Origin: a virus
Length of the DNA stretch: 64,000 nt
Strand: one strand, 5' to 3'
IMG/VR virus record: IMGVR_UViG_3300034093_001036
Span: 1-64,000 of that record
A program made the position numbers and the translations under genes. Positions 1 through 9,338 of the stretch are shown here, piece after piece (within the stretch, counting starts at the first letter, position 1; each line of letters begins with the position of its first letter). The notes below the pieces were generated by a model. The model had not been told where the DNA came from, did no database searches, and worked only from the letters and a program-made list of their open reading frames with translations.

Positions 1-1753
1 CTTGAGTCAAGGCTCTAAGTGTTTGGCTAACTGCTGTTACTTGTTCAGGGGAAAGAGTAACTAACTTATTATCACTGCTTGTAAGGTTAGCAATAACATT
101 AGATAGATCTTCTTCTGTTCCAGTTCCTTTTTCAGGAACAAGGGCTGCTAATACCTCATCTTCAATTACTACATCTGGTTCAGTCCAAGGGTTCTCTTCT
201 GGCTTTGGCTCTGGGCCAGGTTCTGGTGAAGGTTCTGGAGCAGGCTCTTCAGTTGTTTCTGTAGTTGGTTCTGGAGAAGGCTCAGGTGTTGGTGGTTCCT
301 CTGGGGTAGGCTCAGGTGTAGGCTCCTCTGTAGGGTCCACTGTAGGCTCTGGAGAAGGCTCTGGCGTAGGAGGCTCTTCTGCCGTAGGCTCAGGACTTGG
401 TTCTGGAGTTGATGGTTCCTCAGCAGTAGGTTCTGGACTTGGCTCAGGAGTAGGTGGCTCTTCAGCAGTTGGTTCAGGACTTGGCTCTGGGGTGGGTTGA
501 TTTGCTGCAGCGTTGGCTGCTGCTTGGGCAATAGCAGATTGAATTTCTCTTTGTAGTTGCTCGTCATAGCAACGCCATGCATCATCAATTGCACTATTAA
601 CATTATTAATTGCTTGATCGTATGCACTAATAGCATTATTTTTATTTTGTAATGCCGTTACAACATTTAAACTTGCATTCTCAGCCTCAGTTGTTTTATT
701 AGTTAAGGTTTGATTGTAAGCATTTAATGTTGAAACTGCTTGGTTGTAAATATTTAATTTATCATTATATACAGCCTGTGCTGAGGCAACCGCCGTACTT
801 GATTCTTGGCTTGGAACACTTCCTATAATAGTTTTTATAATTACATTATCAATAATGTACCAGTCATTGTTGTCTGCCCAAAAATATATCTCATGAATTT
901 GTTTACCAGGAAGCGCATCTAAAACCTCTTGATGGACAAATCCTGGATAATCTGAATTAACATTGTTTTGAATTGTAAAATTATATGTTGTTCCATCTGT
1001 ATGCCTGACCATAGCAGTGGCATCTCCATTTTTTGCATAAACGGAAAATTTAACCTGAGTAACTGCTCCCTCACTCCAATTGGCAACACGAAAAGCAAGT
1101 GTTTGACTTGGGGCTTGAAGATGCAACGCTGGTGGGTTTGTATAATCATTACTTGGAACCTGGTCGCTTCCATAAAAATATCCACCATTATTTGTTGAAG
1201 TTATTGCAACCTCAGTGCCAACAGAGTTTCCATTTGAGTCTATTGATCCAACTATAAATATACTAAGAGCACCTGCTGGCCAATTTTGTCTACCATTATT
1301 TATACTATTATTATTAAAATCTTCTGTTGTGATATCAGTCATTGAGCCAGACTGGGTTGAAAGGTTTATATTGGCTATATCAAGAGCATCTTGTGCATCA
1401 TTCTTATCTTCTAATGCAGTTGCCACTACTACTGTTTGTTCGTCTACGGCTGTTTGGGCTGATGCTTTTTCTTCTCCCGCCGTGGCTTTTAAGACAAGAG
1501 ATGCATCATATGTGGTAGAGGTTTGGGTCTGGGTTTCTTTTGCAGATACTGCAAGGGCATACTTATCTTCTGCCTCTTCAATTAAAAATATGAACTCATC
1601 CTTGTAGCCAAGGTCGTCAATGCTATCGTTAAGGTCTTGTATTTCTTGGGCTGCTACTGTGAGGGGATCATCAGAGTGGGCACCTTCTGGGGAAATAAGA
1701 AGCCAGCCAAATGCTAATAATGTGGCTGCTGCTATTCGTATTAGTTTTTTGAT
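1..1753 (-). CDS. Secreted or surface protein, 3' partial: signal peptide, coiled coils flanking a globular domain, long PTPEPSPEP linker
   Basis: Absent from the ORF track because it runs off the left edge. Manual translation is open from 1753 to 2: IKKLIRIAAATLLAFGWLLISPEGAHSDDPL...QPTPEPSPEPTAEEP...LRALTQ. No ATG/GTG/TTG precedes the signal peptide; probable ATC start after AGGGGG. Confidence 0.8.
   Translation of the reverse strand, partial: MKKLIRIAAATLLAFGWLLISPEGAHSDDPLTVAAQEIQDLNDSIDDLGYKDEFIFLIEEAEDKYALAVSAKETQTQTSTTYDASLVLKATAGEEKASAQTAVDEQTVVVATALEDKNDAQDALDIANINLSTQSGSMTDITTEDFNNNSINNGRQNWPAGALSIFIVGSIDSNGNSVGTEVAITSTNNGGYFYGSDQVPSNDYTNPPALHLQAPSQTLAFRVANWSEGAVTQVKFSVYAKNGDATAMVRHTDGTTYNFTIQNNVNSDYPGFVHQEVLDALPGKQIHEIYFWADNNDWYIIDNVIIKTIIGSVPSQESSTAVASAQAVYNDKLNIYNQAVSTLNAYNQTLTNKTTEAENASLNVVTALQNKNNAISAYDQAINNVNSAIDDAWRCYDEQLQREIQSAIAQAAANAAANQPTPEPSPEPTAEEPPTPEPSPEPTAEEPSTPEPSPEPTAEEPPTPEPSPEPTVDPTEEPTPEPTPEEPPTPEPSPEPTTETTEEPAPEPSPEPGPEPKPEENPWTEPDVVIEDEVLAALVPEKGTGTEEDLSNVIANLTSSDNKLVTLSPEQVTAVSQTLRALTQ
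195..500 (-). repeat. Coding tandem repeat, ~42-nt units (PTPEPSPEPTAEEP)
   Basis: Recurrent ggctcaggacttggttctgg / ggttctggagaaggctcagg units. Confidence 0.85.
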
Positions 1754-1790
1754 TACCTTCCCCCTAGGACAGACAATGTCTGTTAGGGTT

Positions 1791-1799
1791 ATTATACCA
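1791..1799 (-). promoter_or_regulatory. Extended -10 promoter TGGTATAAT
   Basis: Exact TGnTATAAT about 40 nt upstream of the secreted-protein gene. Confidence 0.6.
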
Positions 1800-1804
1800 T
1801 TTTA

Positions 1805-1851
1805 TTACTGCATTTTAAAGTTATAGGTCTTTCCCAGTCACTTATATCATT
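1805..1851 (-). pseudogene. Remnant 3' end of a carbamoyltransferase allele
   Basis: Reads NDISDWE(K)TYNFKMQ* with one 1-nt gap, versus NDIEKWQKTYNNLVIR* at 2691-2741. Confidence 0.55.
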
Positions 1852-2689
1852 CTGTTTGTTTAAAAAGTGTACTATATATTGAATTTGCCATATGCATTTG
1901 TTGGTGAAATGCCCAATGACCAGGATGCCAATACTCATAGTCTGCTGCGTACTCAAAAAATTTATTATCTGAAAACTCTAAGTGACAATTATTTTCTGGC
2001 GAACTAGTCTCAAAATATGTATCTGTAAAATCTTTAAATGAGTATTGCTCTAAAGACGAATCGTTCCAGTAGGTCCACAATAATATTATATTATTTGATT
2101 TGCAATACTGAATAAACATTTTTAAAAATAACATATTATAAAAAATTGCAAATTCTTCTGGCAAAATATTTTCTACTATATGTGGTTCTTTAGAAAATTT
2201 TTCAAGTAATTTGTTAGATAGCATGGCTTTGCCTATATTTTCTCTAGACTTTACACGTTCATGATTACCTTCATTTTTTACTCTAAGGTTTATCAAAGGA
2301 ACTTCCAGCCTTGTTATTGGAAATACTGCAAATATATATTTTGGATGATAAAATTCTTTAAAAAACTGAAATGCTTTAACTATTTGTGCTTGTATTCCTT
2401 CTCCTCCTTTTGCTAAATTAATATAATCCTTATTCATTTTTTGTGATATTAGATAAGGCCATGTAAGTTCTATAGGCATTCCATGTCCCTCTGTTTGAGA
2501 ACATCCCAAAGTTAAAATTTCTTGATTGCTAAACTCATTGCACCTATATCCTTGAGAGTTTAGTTTATATTCAATAAAAACAGAGTCTGCTTCTGTTTTA
2601 GGCATAGCATGCTGACTCATTTCTTCTAAAGACCTATTTACAAAAATATCTGGAATTGTTTTTAAGTTTGATTTTTTATTAATCATCAA
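1847..2689 (-). CDS. SGNH/GDSL-like hydrolase or acyltransferase
   Basis: Block I-like LGCSQTEG, block II-like NLAKGG, C-terminal PGHW. Paralog of 4109..5104. Confidence 0.55.
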   Translation of the reverse strand: MMINKKSNLKTIPDIFVNRSLEEMSQHAMPKTEADSVFIEYKLNSQGYRCNEFSNQEILTLGCSQTEGHGMPIELTWPYLISQKMNKDYINLAKGGEGIQAQIVKAFQFFKEFYHPKYIFAVFPITRLEVPLINLRVKNEGNHERVKSRENIGKAMLSNKLLEKFSKEPHIVENILPEEFAIFYNMLFLKMFIQYCKSNNIILLWTYWNDSSLEQYSFKDFTDTYFETSSPENNCHLEFSDNKFFEYAADYEYWHPGHWAFHQQMHMANSIYSTLFKQTE

Positions 2690-2690
2690 A

Positions 2691-4112
2691 CTATCTTATC
2701 ACTAAATTGTTATAAGTTTTTTGCCATTTTTCTATATCATTTTCATCATTTAGTAGTGGCTGTCCTTTAATATTAAGGCTTGTATTTAATAGTATTGGAA
2801 CACCAGTTTCAATATAAAACTTATTAAGAACTCTCCATAACCCACGATGTTGATCTTTATTTACAGTTTGAACTCTTGAGGTTCCATCAGCATGAACTAC
2901 AGATGGTATTTTATCTGGCTGAAGACACTTAACTGTATATTGCATATAAGGGCTTGCAAAATCCATATCAAACCACTTAGACGCACACTCTTCCATAACT
3001 ACTGGAGCAAATGGTCTAAACAACTCTCTTTGTTTAATTAAATTAACTTTATCTTTTATATTTGGATCTCTTGGGTCAGCAAGAATGCTTCGATTGCCCA
3101 ATGCTCTTGGACCGTATTCTGCTCTGCCTGTTGCTACTGCTACGATTCCATCTTTTAATATACCGTCCACAATTTGCTGAACAGGATACTCTCCTCCAAG
3201 ATCATAGCCAAGATACGGAGTCTTCCAGTCAAGGTGCTTTCCGTACAAGGCTGCTGCTGCACCTAAAGAACTACCAGCATCTCCTGGGTTAGGCATGATC
3301 CAAATCATATCAAAAATATTCCATAGCAATGTATTTGCTGAAGAGTTAAGGGCACAACCACCCATAAATACTAAGTTCTTTTTACCAGTAAGGGACTTTG
3401 CCATACGCATAAACTGATTTAATCTTTGCTCATACACTACTTGTACTGCTGCAGCAATATCAAACCTATCTTGCTCTGTAATTATCATTCCCCAGTCATT
3501 AATTCCTTTATGAAAATTATATTTTTGTTTATCGTATGAAGGAAAATATTCATCAACCTCTTTGTAGTAACGCTTCCAGTCACCATAGGCAGCCATTCCC
3601 ATCATAATGTATTCTTCTTGGTTTGGCATAAGTCCAATAAGTTGTGTAAAAGCAGAATAAAATAGTCCAAAACTAACTGGATAGTTTTGCTTATACTTAA
3701 GTTTAATCTTGTCGCCCTCACCAACCCAAATAGTTGAAGTGTTATATTCTCCTATTGCATCTAATACAACAATTACAGCATCGTTAAATGCGCTTGTGTA
3801 GTATCCTGCTGCTGCATGAGAGTAGTGATGCTTAAAGTAGTGTACTGGAACATCTAAAGGAATGTTTGGCTTCCAGTCTGCTGCGCCACCCTTTAACATT
3901 ATTCTAGATCTTTTAAGCCAAGGCTTCTCATAGTAAGCAATGTAGTCTGGTGTTCCATAGTTTAATGCATCTAAGATAATATCTTTGTTGTTATACCAAT
4001 CATTCTTTTGTTTACTATATCTTTCTGCATGTCCCGCAAAAAGTATTTCTCCATCTTTAATTAAAGATACAGATGCGTCGTGGGAAGTTTCGTTAATTCC
4101 TAAAATTATCAT
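2691..4112 (-). CDS. Carbamoyltransferase, NodU/CmcH/TobZ family
   Basis: SHDASVSL, HHYSHAAA, DAIGE, MGMAAYG, GGCALN, PGDAGSSLG, EYGPRALGNRSIL, RPFAP, HADGTSRVQTV and LNTSLN motifs. Confidence 0.95.
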   Translation of the reverse strand: MIILGINETSHDASVSLIKDGEILFAGHAERYSKQKNDWYNNKDIILDALNYGTPDYIAYYEKPWLKRSRIMLKGGAADWKPNIPLDVPVHYFKHHYSHAAAGYYTSAFNDAVIVVLDAIGEYNTSTIWVGEGDKIKLKYKQNYPVSFGLFYSAFTQLIGLMPNQEEYIMMGMAAYGDWKRYYKEVDEYFPSYDKQKYNFHKGINDWGMIITEQDRFDIAAAVQVVYEQRLNQFMRMAKSLTGKKNLVFMGGCALNSSANTLLWNIFDMIWIMPNPGDAGSSLGAAAALYGKHLDWKTPYLGYDLGGEYPVQQIVDGILKDGIVAVATGRAEYGPRALGNRSILADPRDPNIKDKVNLIKQRELFRPFAPVVMEECASKWFDMDFASPYMQYTVKCLQPDKIPSVVHADGTSRVQTVNKDQHRGLWRVLNKFYIETGVPILLNTSLNIKGQPLLNDENDIEKWQKTYNNLVIR

Positions 4113-5104
4113 TTATTCATTTCCTGATAAAATCCTTCTGCAATATGAATATGTTTATGAACTCCTGGGTGTGCCTGGTCAAGTCCATCTTCAACATCAC
4201 CACCAATATGAAAACAGTGTTTAAAATAATTTTCATATTCTTTATGACAGTCTTCATCAAATTCTTTATTTTCTAATTCATTTATATTATTTAAATAATG
4301 ACCAATAACTAAATCTTTATTAAAAACAACATCACTAAATATATTTTCTTTATCATTAGTTAAAGCATTTACTGTATCAACATGCCAAGATGACCAGATA
4401 AGTTTTATATTGTTTGATCTGCAGTATTGCTCTAATAAGTGTATTGCTTGCATAGAAAAAAATAGCGGAACCTCTAATGGCAATATCTCTCTATAAGTAT
4501 AAGGTCTTTTAATATATTTATTTCTTTGTGAAATTGGTTCTGGATGAACATCAAGTTGTATATCTCCAAAAGTTAAATCAGGGATAGATAGATTATTCTT
4601 ACTATCTTCTTTATTAAGTCTAAACTCTTTAGTTATATTTTTTTTAATTGGTAGACGTAATCTAAAAGGATCTGGAAACAAACATAACATAATTTCTGGG
4701 TTACCAAATATTTTAAAATATTCAAATGATTTAGCCACTAAGTCATTTATGGACCCTCCAGGAAATGATAGGTTTCGAATTTCTTTATTAATTCTTTCAC
4801 CTAAAATATTTGTCCATCTTCCATCTACAGGAACTCCATAGCCCCAGGTATTTGAACAACCAACTGCAAGTATTTCTGCTTTTTCAATCCAGTCAACATC
4901 TCTATATCCAAAATTATTTATAGAATATTCTGTTTTTGGATCTACCAAGATATTGTCTATCCTGTTTTGTCCAAATCTCGTTGTGTTTATATTTATATAT
5001 CTTGTAAGAGTATTTTTTAAAAGTAGATTTCTATATCTTTTACTAGCCATTGAATAGTCTTCATCGGTTTCATAACCATCAATCATTGCCAATAGAGGGT
5101 TCAT
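4109..5104 (-). CDS. SGNH/GDSL-like hydrolase or acyltransferase
   Basis: AVGCSNTWGYG, NLSFPGGS, DQAHPG motifs. Confidence 0.6.
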   Translation of the reverse strand: MNPLLAMIDGYETDEDYSMASKRYRNLLLKNTLTRYININTTRFGQNRIDNILVDPKTEYSINNFGYRDVDWIEKAEILAVGCSNTWGYGVPVDGRWTNILGERINKEIRNLSFPGGSINDLVAKSFEYFKIFGNPEIMLCLFPDPFRLRLPIKKNITKEFRLNKEDSKNNLSIPDLTFGDIQLDVHPEPISQRNKYIKRPYTYREILPLEVPLFFSMQAIHLLEQYCRSNNIKLIWSSWHVDTVNALTNDKENIFSDVVFNKDLVIGHYLNNINELENKEFDEDCHKEYENYFKHCFHIGGDVEDGLDQAHPGVHKHIHIAEGFYQEMNK

Positions 5105-5193
5105 TAGTATATGAACCTATTCTTATTTTTATTTTTCTTAAAAATATTTTTTATTTTAAATATAACTTTATACACAAAATATTTTATTGCCAT
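5104..5193 (-). CDS. Small basic leaderless ORF, 29 aa (MAIKYFVYKVIFKIKNIFKKNKNKNRFIY)
   Basis: ATG 6 nt after TGATATAAT (5200-5208). Its stop overlaps the next start (TAATG). Confidence 0.65.
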   Translation of the reverse strand: MAIKYFVYKVIFKIKNIFKKNKNKNRFIY

Positions 5194-5235
5194 ATTATAA
5201 TTATATCATATACAATTTTTATATTATTTTATTCC

Positions 5236-5270
5236 ACAAAAAGGGGGACTAGCGTTAAGCCAATCCCCCC
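5236..5270 (-). terminator. Rho-independent terminator
   Basis: GGGGGATTGGC-TTAAC-GCTAGTCCCCC followed by TTTTTGT, downstream of 5285..6463. Confidence 0.85.
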
Positions 5271-5284
5271 AATTGTTGGACTAA

Positions 5285-6463
5285 TTACTTAATGTAAGTA
5301 ACCTTTGCCTTTGGATTCTTTGCATTCCACTTCTTTGCAAGTGCATTGAAAGCAGTCTTAATTGCCTTAAGTGCAGCAGCATTATCTGCTGTTAACTTAG
5401 CAATTGTTGCATCCTTAGCAAGAACAACTGCATCTGAAGCAGTCTTTGCATCAAGTGCAGCCTTATCTGAAACAGCCTTTGCATCAGCAAGTGCCTTTAC
5501 AGAAGCAGCCTTCTCTGCTGCAAGAGCAGCATCTGAAGCAGCCTTAGCAGCAACAGCATCTGAAGCAGCCTTTACGACTGCAGCATCTGAAATTGCCTTA
5601 GCAGCAAGTGCAGCATCCTTAGCAGACTTTTCGGCAGCAAGTTCTGATACTAGATCACGAACTGTAATTTCTGCAAAAGGTGCTAGTGTGCGAGCAGTTA
5701 AACCAACTACATCAGCAGTTGTTGCTTCGCCAGCAGTTGTTGGAGCAAACATGATTAGTGCTCGTGTACCAGTTGTTGGAAGCGTTGCAGTAAACTTTGC
5801 AACTCCAAAATCTGAAAGTGTAATACCAGTTGTTGCTGTTGCTGAAGCAAGTGTTGCTGTTGCAGCAAATACTGTTGCAGTAATTGACGTACCAGTAGTT
5901 GGTGCAGACACCTTGTTGCCAAATACGTCTGTTGCTGTAACTAAAATATCTTGCTTTGTTCCAGCAGCACCAGATACTGGAGCAGAAACTGTTAGGTTAT
6001 TAATTAAACCAGCAGTACCCTGTACGTAGTAAGTAAGAGTTGTTCCACCGTTGGTGATTACAACTGTACCAATTGCTGTTGTCTTTGTGTAGACATAAAA
6101 AGTTGCTGTTGTTCCTGTACCAGTTGCAACTGTCAAAGATGAAGATCCTGATGTTGCTCCTACTGGTGCAGCAGTTGTGTGTAGTGCAGACACGATTGTT
6201 GCATTTGTTGCTACTACAGAAACTACTGTTCCTGTGTCAACTGTTGCGACAAACTTTAGTGCGTCAGCAACGTCAATTGTGTTGTCTGCAGGTACTGGCA
6301 ATGAAGCAGGCGTAGCAATTGCTGAAGCAGATGACTTATCTGTGTTACTTGCTCCAAGAGTTACTGCGACTGTCATTACAGCAGCGTTTGCAGGCGTTGC
6401 CACGATTGTGCCCAGAGTCATGGCTGCAACCATGGCTAGGGCGATTTTCTTAAATGAGTTCAT
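5285..6463 (-). CDS. Secreted Ala/Thr-rich cell-surface-type protein: beta-rich repeats and a C-terminal coiled coil
   Basis: Sec signal MNSFKKIALAMVAAMTLGTIVATPANA, T/V/G-rich beta region, AAKAASDA coiled coil, basic tail. Has its own promoter-like TGATACAAT and a terminator. Confidence 0.7.
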   Translation of the reverse strand: MNSFKKIALAMVAAMTLGTIVATPANAAVMTVAVTLGASNTDKSSASAIATPASLPVPADNTIDVADALKFVATVDTGTVVSVVATNATIVSALHTTAAPVGATSGSSSLTVATGTGTTATFYVYTKTTAIGTVVITNGGTTLTYYVQGTAGLINNLTVSAPVSGAAGTKQDILVTATDVFGNKVSAPTTGTSITATVFAATATLASATATTGITLSDFGVAKFTATLPTTGTRALIMFAPTTAGEATTADVVGLTARTLAPFAEITVRDLVSELAAEKSAKDAALAAKAISDAAVVKAASDAVAAKAASDAALAAEKAASVKALADAKAVSDKAALDAKTASDAVVLAKDATIAKLTADNAAALKAIKTAFNALAKKWNAKNPKAKVTYIK

Positions 6464-6483
6464 TTAATGTATTCCTTTTCTAT

Positions 6484-8280
6484 TTATAGTGTTTTTAGTC
6501 CATCCAAATAATCTTCGATGTCTTTTATTTGGCTAGGTTTATATTGTATCACATTGCGACTATCCAGGTCAAATTGCTCTTCTGGAGTCTTTGGTCTGTC
6601 TTTAAAGGTGTGAACCTCTACTTCAGTGTCTATATTTTTTGGAGTATGTGATATTGCCCCAAATATTGCTCCACACACAGCATCAGCCAAGTCCTTTGAC
6701 TTTTTGCGGGGGTGGTCAACTCTGTCATTTTTCATAATCTTTAATTGTGTTAGTTCATCAAATAATAAATCAATTGCAGGCATAGCAAGTCTTTCCTCGT
6801 ATACAAGCATAGCCATATCTTCATAATGTTTTTTAGCAACAGAAACAGTATCAGTATTCATTCCTACTTGCTTTAGTTCATTTTGAATATCAAATGATTG
6901 CCAACGGTCAAAGGAAACCATTCCAATATCAAACCCTATTCTTCTAAGGTTCTGAATCCATTGTTTAACTTCTGAAAGATTAACTGGGCCTTCAATCTTT
7001 GGTTCCCACCATGCTACTGCATCTACTACTACAATTGGTGCTACTTGTTCATAGTTATTAATGACTTGTATGTTTACCCATTTTTCTACATGTGCAATAG
7101 CAACAGCACACTTATCGTGCTTCTGGGCAAGGTCAGCGTGTACATAATATTTCTTAGTTGGATCTGGTTTAAATGCTTCATCAAACCTTCTAAAGTTATC
7201 TACAGGGTTTCTAAGTGTCATACAAGATCTAACCTTTTCGTGCTGCTTAAAGAATGCATCAGAAGCAAAAGTTGGTACGCATGTAAAGCGCATCATTGCA
7301 TCTCCAAGGTCAGTCATAAAAGCAATCTTAAAATCATCAATCTGTCTTGTTGGGTTTACTTCCCATGTAGGTCTTTTTAGTGCAAAGACTCCTGGGTATT
7401 TGTATGAGATGATGTGGTCTTCATCCCAGGAAATTTCAAACTTATTGTTTGGGTCTGTATCAGGTAGCAGTGGATTAATAATAAACTCGTGTGTTCTTTC
7501 AATTACTTCTTTCTCAGCAACAACTGCGTCGTATTTCTCTGAGATATAGTCTCCTGGGTATCTTGGGAATGAAAGCAAAACAACTTTGCCAAGGTCTGGG
7601 AAACGAGAGTCTACTGATCCACGGAAAGCCTTGTAGATATTCTCAGCAGTTTTTCCTTGTTCGTTACCTGTTCCAACTTCAGATGCAAATCCAGAGATCT
7701 CATCAAGAACTGCAAGAAGAAGGTTTAACCCCTCATGGGATTCTCTTTCTGAGTGTCCAGAGTAAACAGTTATAGACTTATCAAACTCAACTGAGTCTGC
7801 TTTTGCATAATACTTTCCAGCAAACCATGGGGATTTTTCAATCTTTGATTTAAAACCTTTAAAGAAAACATTCTTAGCCTGCTGTGCGTTAATAGCCACA
7901 TTGATTAAGTCAATGGCATCTCCTGACGGCTTACCAAAATACTTTGCTGGGTCTTTTAAACATAATAGTTTATATACAATATATGCACACGATACTGTAG
8001 ATACAAAGTCTTTACCAGATCCCTTGCCAAGTTGCAGAATAATCTCATTCTTAGTATATTTATCAAAGTATCTTATGCCTTCTTCTTCTCCCATTATATC
8101 AATGAGATCTTCTTTGCGATATATCTGACTCATTGCTTCTACAATATCGTACTGAATATCAGAAAGTGGAGGCTGACCTAAGTATTTTTCGCCCTCAACA
8201 AATGTTCTTGCATTTACAGGTGTCTCTTGAAAATGGTTATCTTTAAGCACTTCAAGAAAATCATTGAATGTCGTGGACAA
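6484..8280 (-). CDS. terL: Terminase large subunit
   Basis: Walker A GKGSGKD, Walker B AVLDE, LLSFPR coupling motif, nuclease HADLA...D...KDLADA. Confidence 0.92.
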   Translation of the reverse strand: MSTTFNDFLEVLKDNHFQETPVNARTFVEGEKYLGQPPLSDIQYDIVEAMSQIYRKEDLIDIMGEEEGIRYFDKYTKNEIILQLGKGSGKDFVSTVSCAYIVYKLLCLKDPAKYFGKPSGDAIDLINVAINAQQAKNVFFKGFKSKIEKSPWFAGKYYAKADSVEFDKSITVYSGHSERESHEGLNLLLAVLDEISGFASEVGTGNEQGKTAENIYKAFRGSVDSRFPDLGKVVLLSFPRYPGDYISEKYDAVVAEKEVIERTHEFIINPLLPDTDPNNKFEISWDEDHIISYKYPGVFALKRPTWEVNPTRQIDDFKIAFMTDLGDAMMRFTCVPTFASDAFFKQHEKVRSCMTLRNPVDNFRRFDEAFKPDPTKKYYVHADLAQKHDKCAVAIAHVEKWVNIQVINNYEQVAPIVVVDAVAWWEPKIEGPVNLSEVKQWIQNLRRIGFDIGMVSFDRWQSFDIQNELKQVGMNTDTVSVAKKHYEDMAMLVYEERLAMPAIDLLFDELTQLKIMKNDRVDHPRKKSKDLADAVCGAIFGAISHTPKNIDTEVEVHTFKDRPKTPEEQFDLDSRNVIQYKPSQIKDIEDYLDGLKTL

Positions 8281-8797
8281 CCGTAATCACCTCGTTGTCT
8301 TTTGCAAACGAAGAAAGTCTACGCATTATCTCATCACGAACCTGTGGATACTCAGATGCAATATCTTTTAATATTAAAACAAGAACCTCTTGGCGTCGCT
8401 CAATCTCCATCATTTCTTCTGCAAGTTCTTTGTTCTCAAGAAGACCAGCCTTTTGTAGCATATCAATACGCTTAGACTCAATATCCATTACAAGTTTAAT
8501 TGCAGCAGTCTTTGCGCTAAGGTTATTAGTCATGGATGCTTCATCAATAACTTCGTATGTACGAGAAACCAACTTACTGTAATGTGTGTCTGCAGCAGCA
8601 AGTGCCTCTTTAGCACGGGCACGAATAGCATCATTAGCAGATGCCATGACTTTCCATTCGTTAATTAATGTCACAACTCTTTGTCTTGGTATTGCAAGTT
8701 GTTTTGATATTACAGTTGGGTCATTGCCTTTTAGGTATTCTTCTACAACTTGATTTACTTGATCAAGGTGCTTAACTAGATCTTCTTCAGTTGACAT
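8261..8797 (-). CDS. Probable terminase small subunit (N-terminal HTH)
   Basis: HTH-like PTVISKQLAIPRQRV, helical body, overlaps the terL start. Confidence 0.6.
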   Translation of the reverse strand: MSTEEDLVKHLDQVNQVVEEYLKGNDPTVISKQLAIPRQRVVTLINEWKVMASANDAIRARAKEALAAADTHYSKLVSRTYEVIDEASMTNNLSAKTAAIKLVMDIESKRIDMLQKAGLLENKELAEEMMEIERRQEVLVLILKDIASEYPQVRDEIMRRLSSFAKDNEVITVVHDIQ

Positions 8798-9062
8798 GTT
8801 TTAACTCCCTTGCTATTTTTAATAGTATAAGATAGCCAATCAAATCGTCAATATCATTGTCACCAATGAATGATCCACCTCTAGTAATTCTAGACAGTTT
8901 GTCATCAATTCGAACATGTAACTGTTCAATGTTATCAGAAATAGAAAAAATACGAACTGGGTTTAGTGCTGAGTCTCCGTAGGATTTATTTTTTGTAATA
9001 AGCATGTCCTTAATCTCATCACAAACTTGACCAATGGTGAACTGTGTCTCAGAACTCATCAT
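8787..9062 (-). CDS. Nucleotide modification associated domain 1 (DUF1599-like, MazG-like) protein
   Basis: KNKSYGDS...RIDDKLSRI...DLIGYLIL pattern. Confidence 0.7.
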   Translation of the reverse strand: MMSSETQFTIGQVCDEIKDMLITKNKSYGDSALNPVRIFSISDNIEQLHVRIDDKLSRITRGGSFIGDNDIDDLIGYLILLKIARELKHVN

Positions 9063-9186
9063 CTATCTCCTCTTCTAGATCCCAATCAAATACTTCTGGA
9101 ATTCCTTTTAGCGCAGCAAACGCAAAAGCAAAACCAACAGTACCTGCTATAGCAAGTGCTATAAATGCTTTTTCAACTTTACTCAT
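9049..9186 (-). CDS. Small single-TM membrane protein with acidic tail, 45 aa
   Basis: Manual translation MSKVEKAFIALAIAGTVGFAFAFAALKGIPEVFDWDLEEEIDDEF. Overlaps both neighbours. Confidence 0.7.
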   Translation of the reverse strand: MSKVEKAFIALAIAGTVGFAFAFAALKGIPEVFDWDLEEEIDDEF

Positions 9187-9338
9187 CGTCTTGATTTCCT
9201 TAATCCAAATTTAGCAAGGTATACATAGATAGTTTCCAATGAACACCCACACTCCTTTGCAATTTCCTCTGGCGTCTTTTTATCCATAAGGTAACGCTTA
9301 CGCATAAAAGTTTCACTTGTATATAGTTTAGCAGCCAT
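9183..9338 (-). CDS. Small HTH DNA-binding protein, 51 aa
   Basis: Manual translation ...KKTPEEIAKECGCSLETIYVYLAKFGLRK, a classic HTH. ATGA-coupled to the next gene. Confidence 0.75.
   Translation of the reverse strand: MAAKLYTSETFMRKRYLMDKKTPEEIAKECGCSLETIYVYLAKFGLRKSRR

Noticed and set aside
169-1188. Track ORFs 169..636 and 919..1188 on the minus strand
   Set aside because: Out-of-frame overlaps of the real, edge-truncated gene 1..1753.
5346-6467. Long plus-strand ORFs, also 1215..1607, 36179..36805, 43727..44383 and 63153..63914
   Set aside because: Antisense shadows of Ala/Thr/Val-rich minus-strand genes with biased codons. They show no motifs or RBS.
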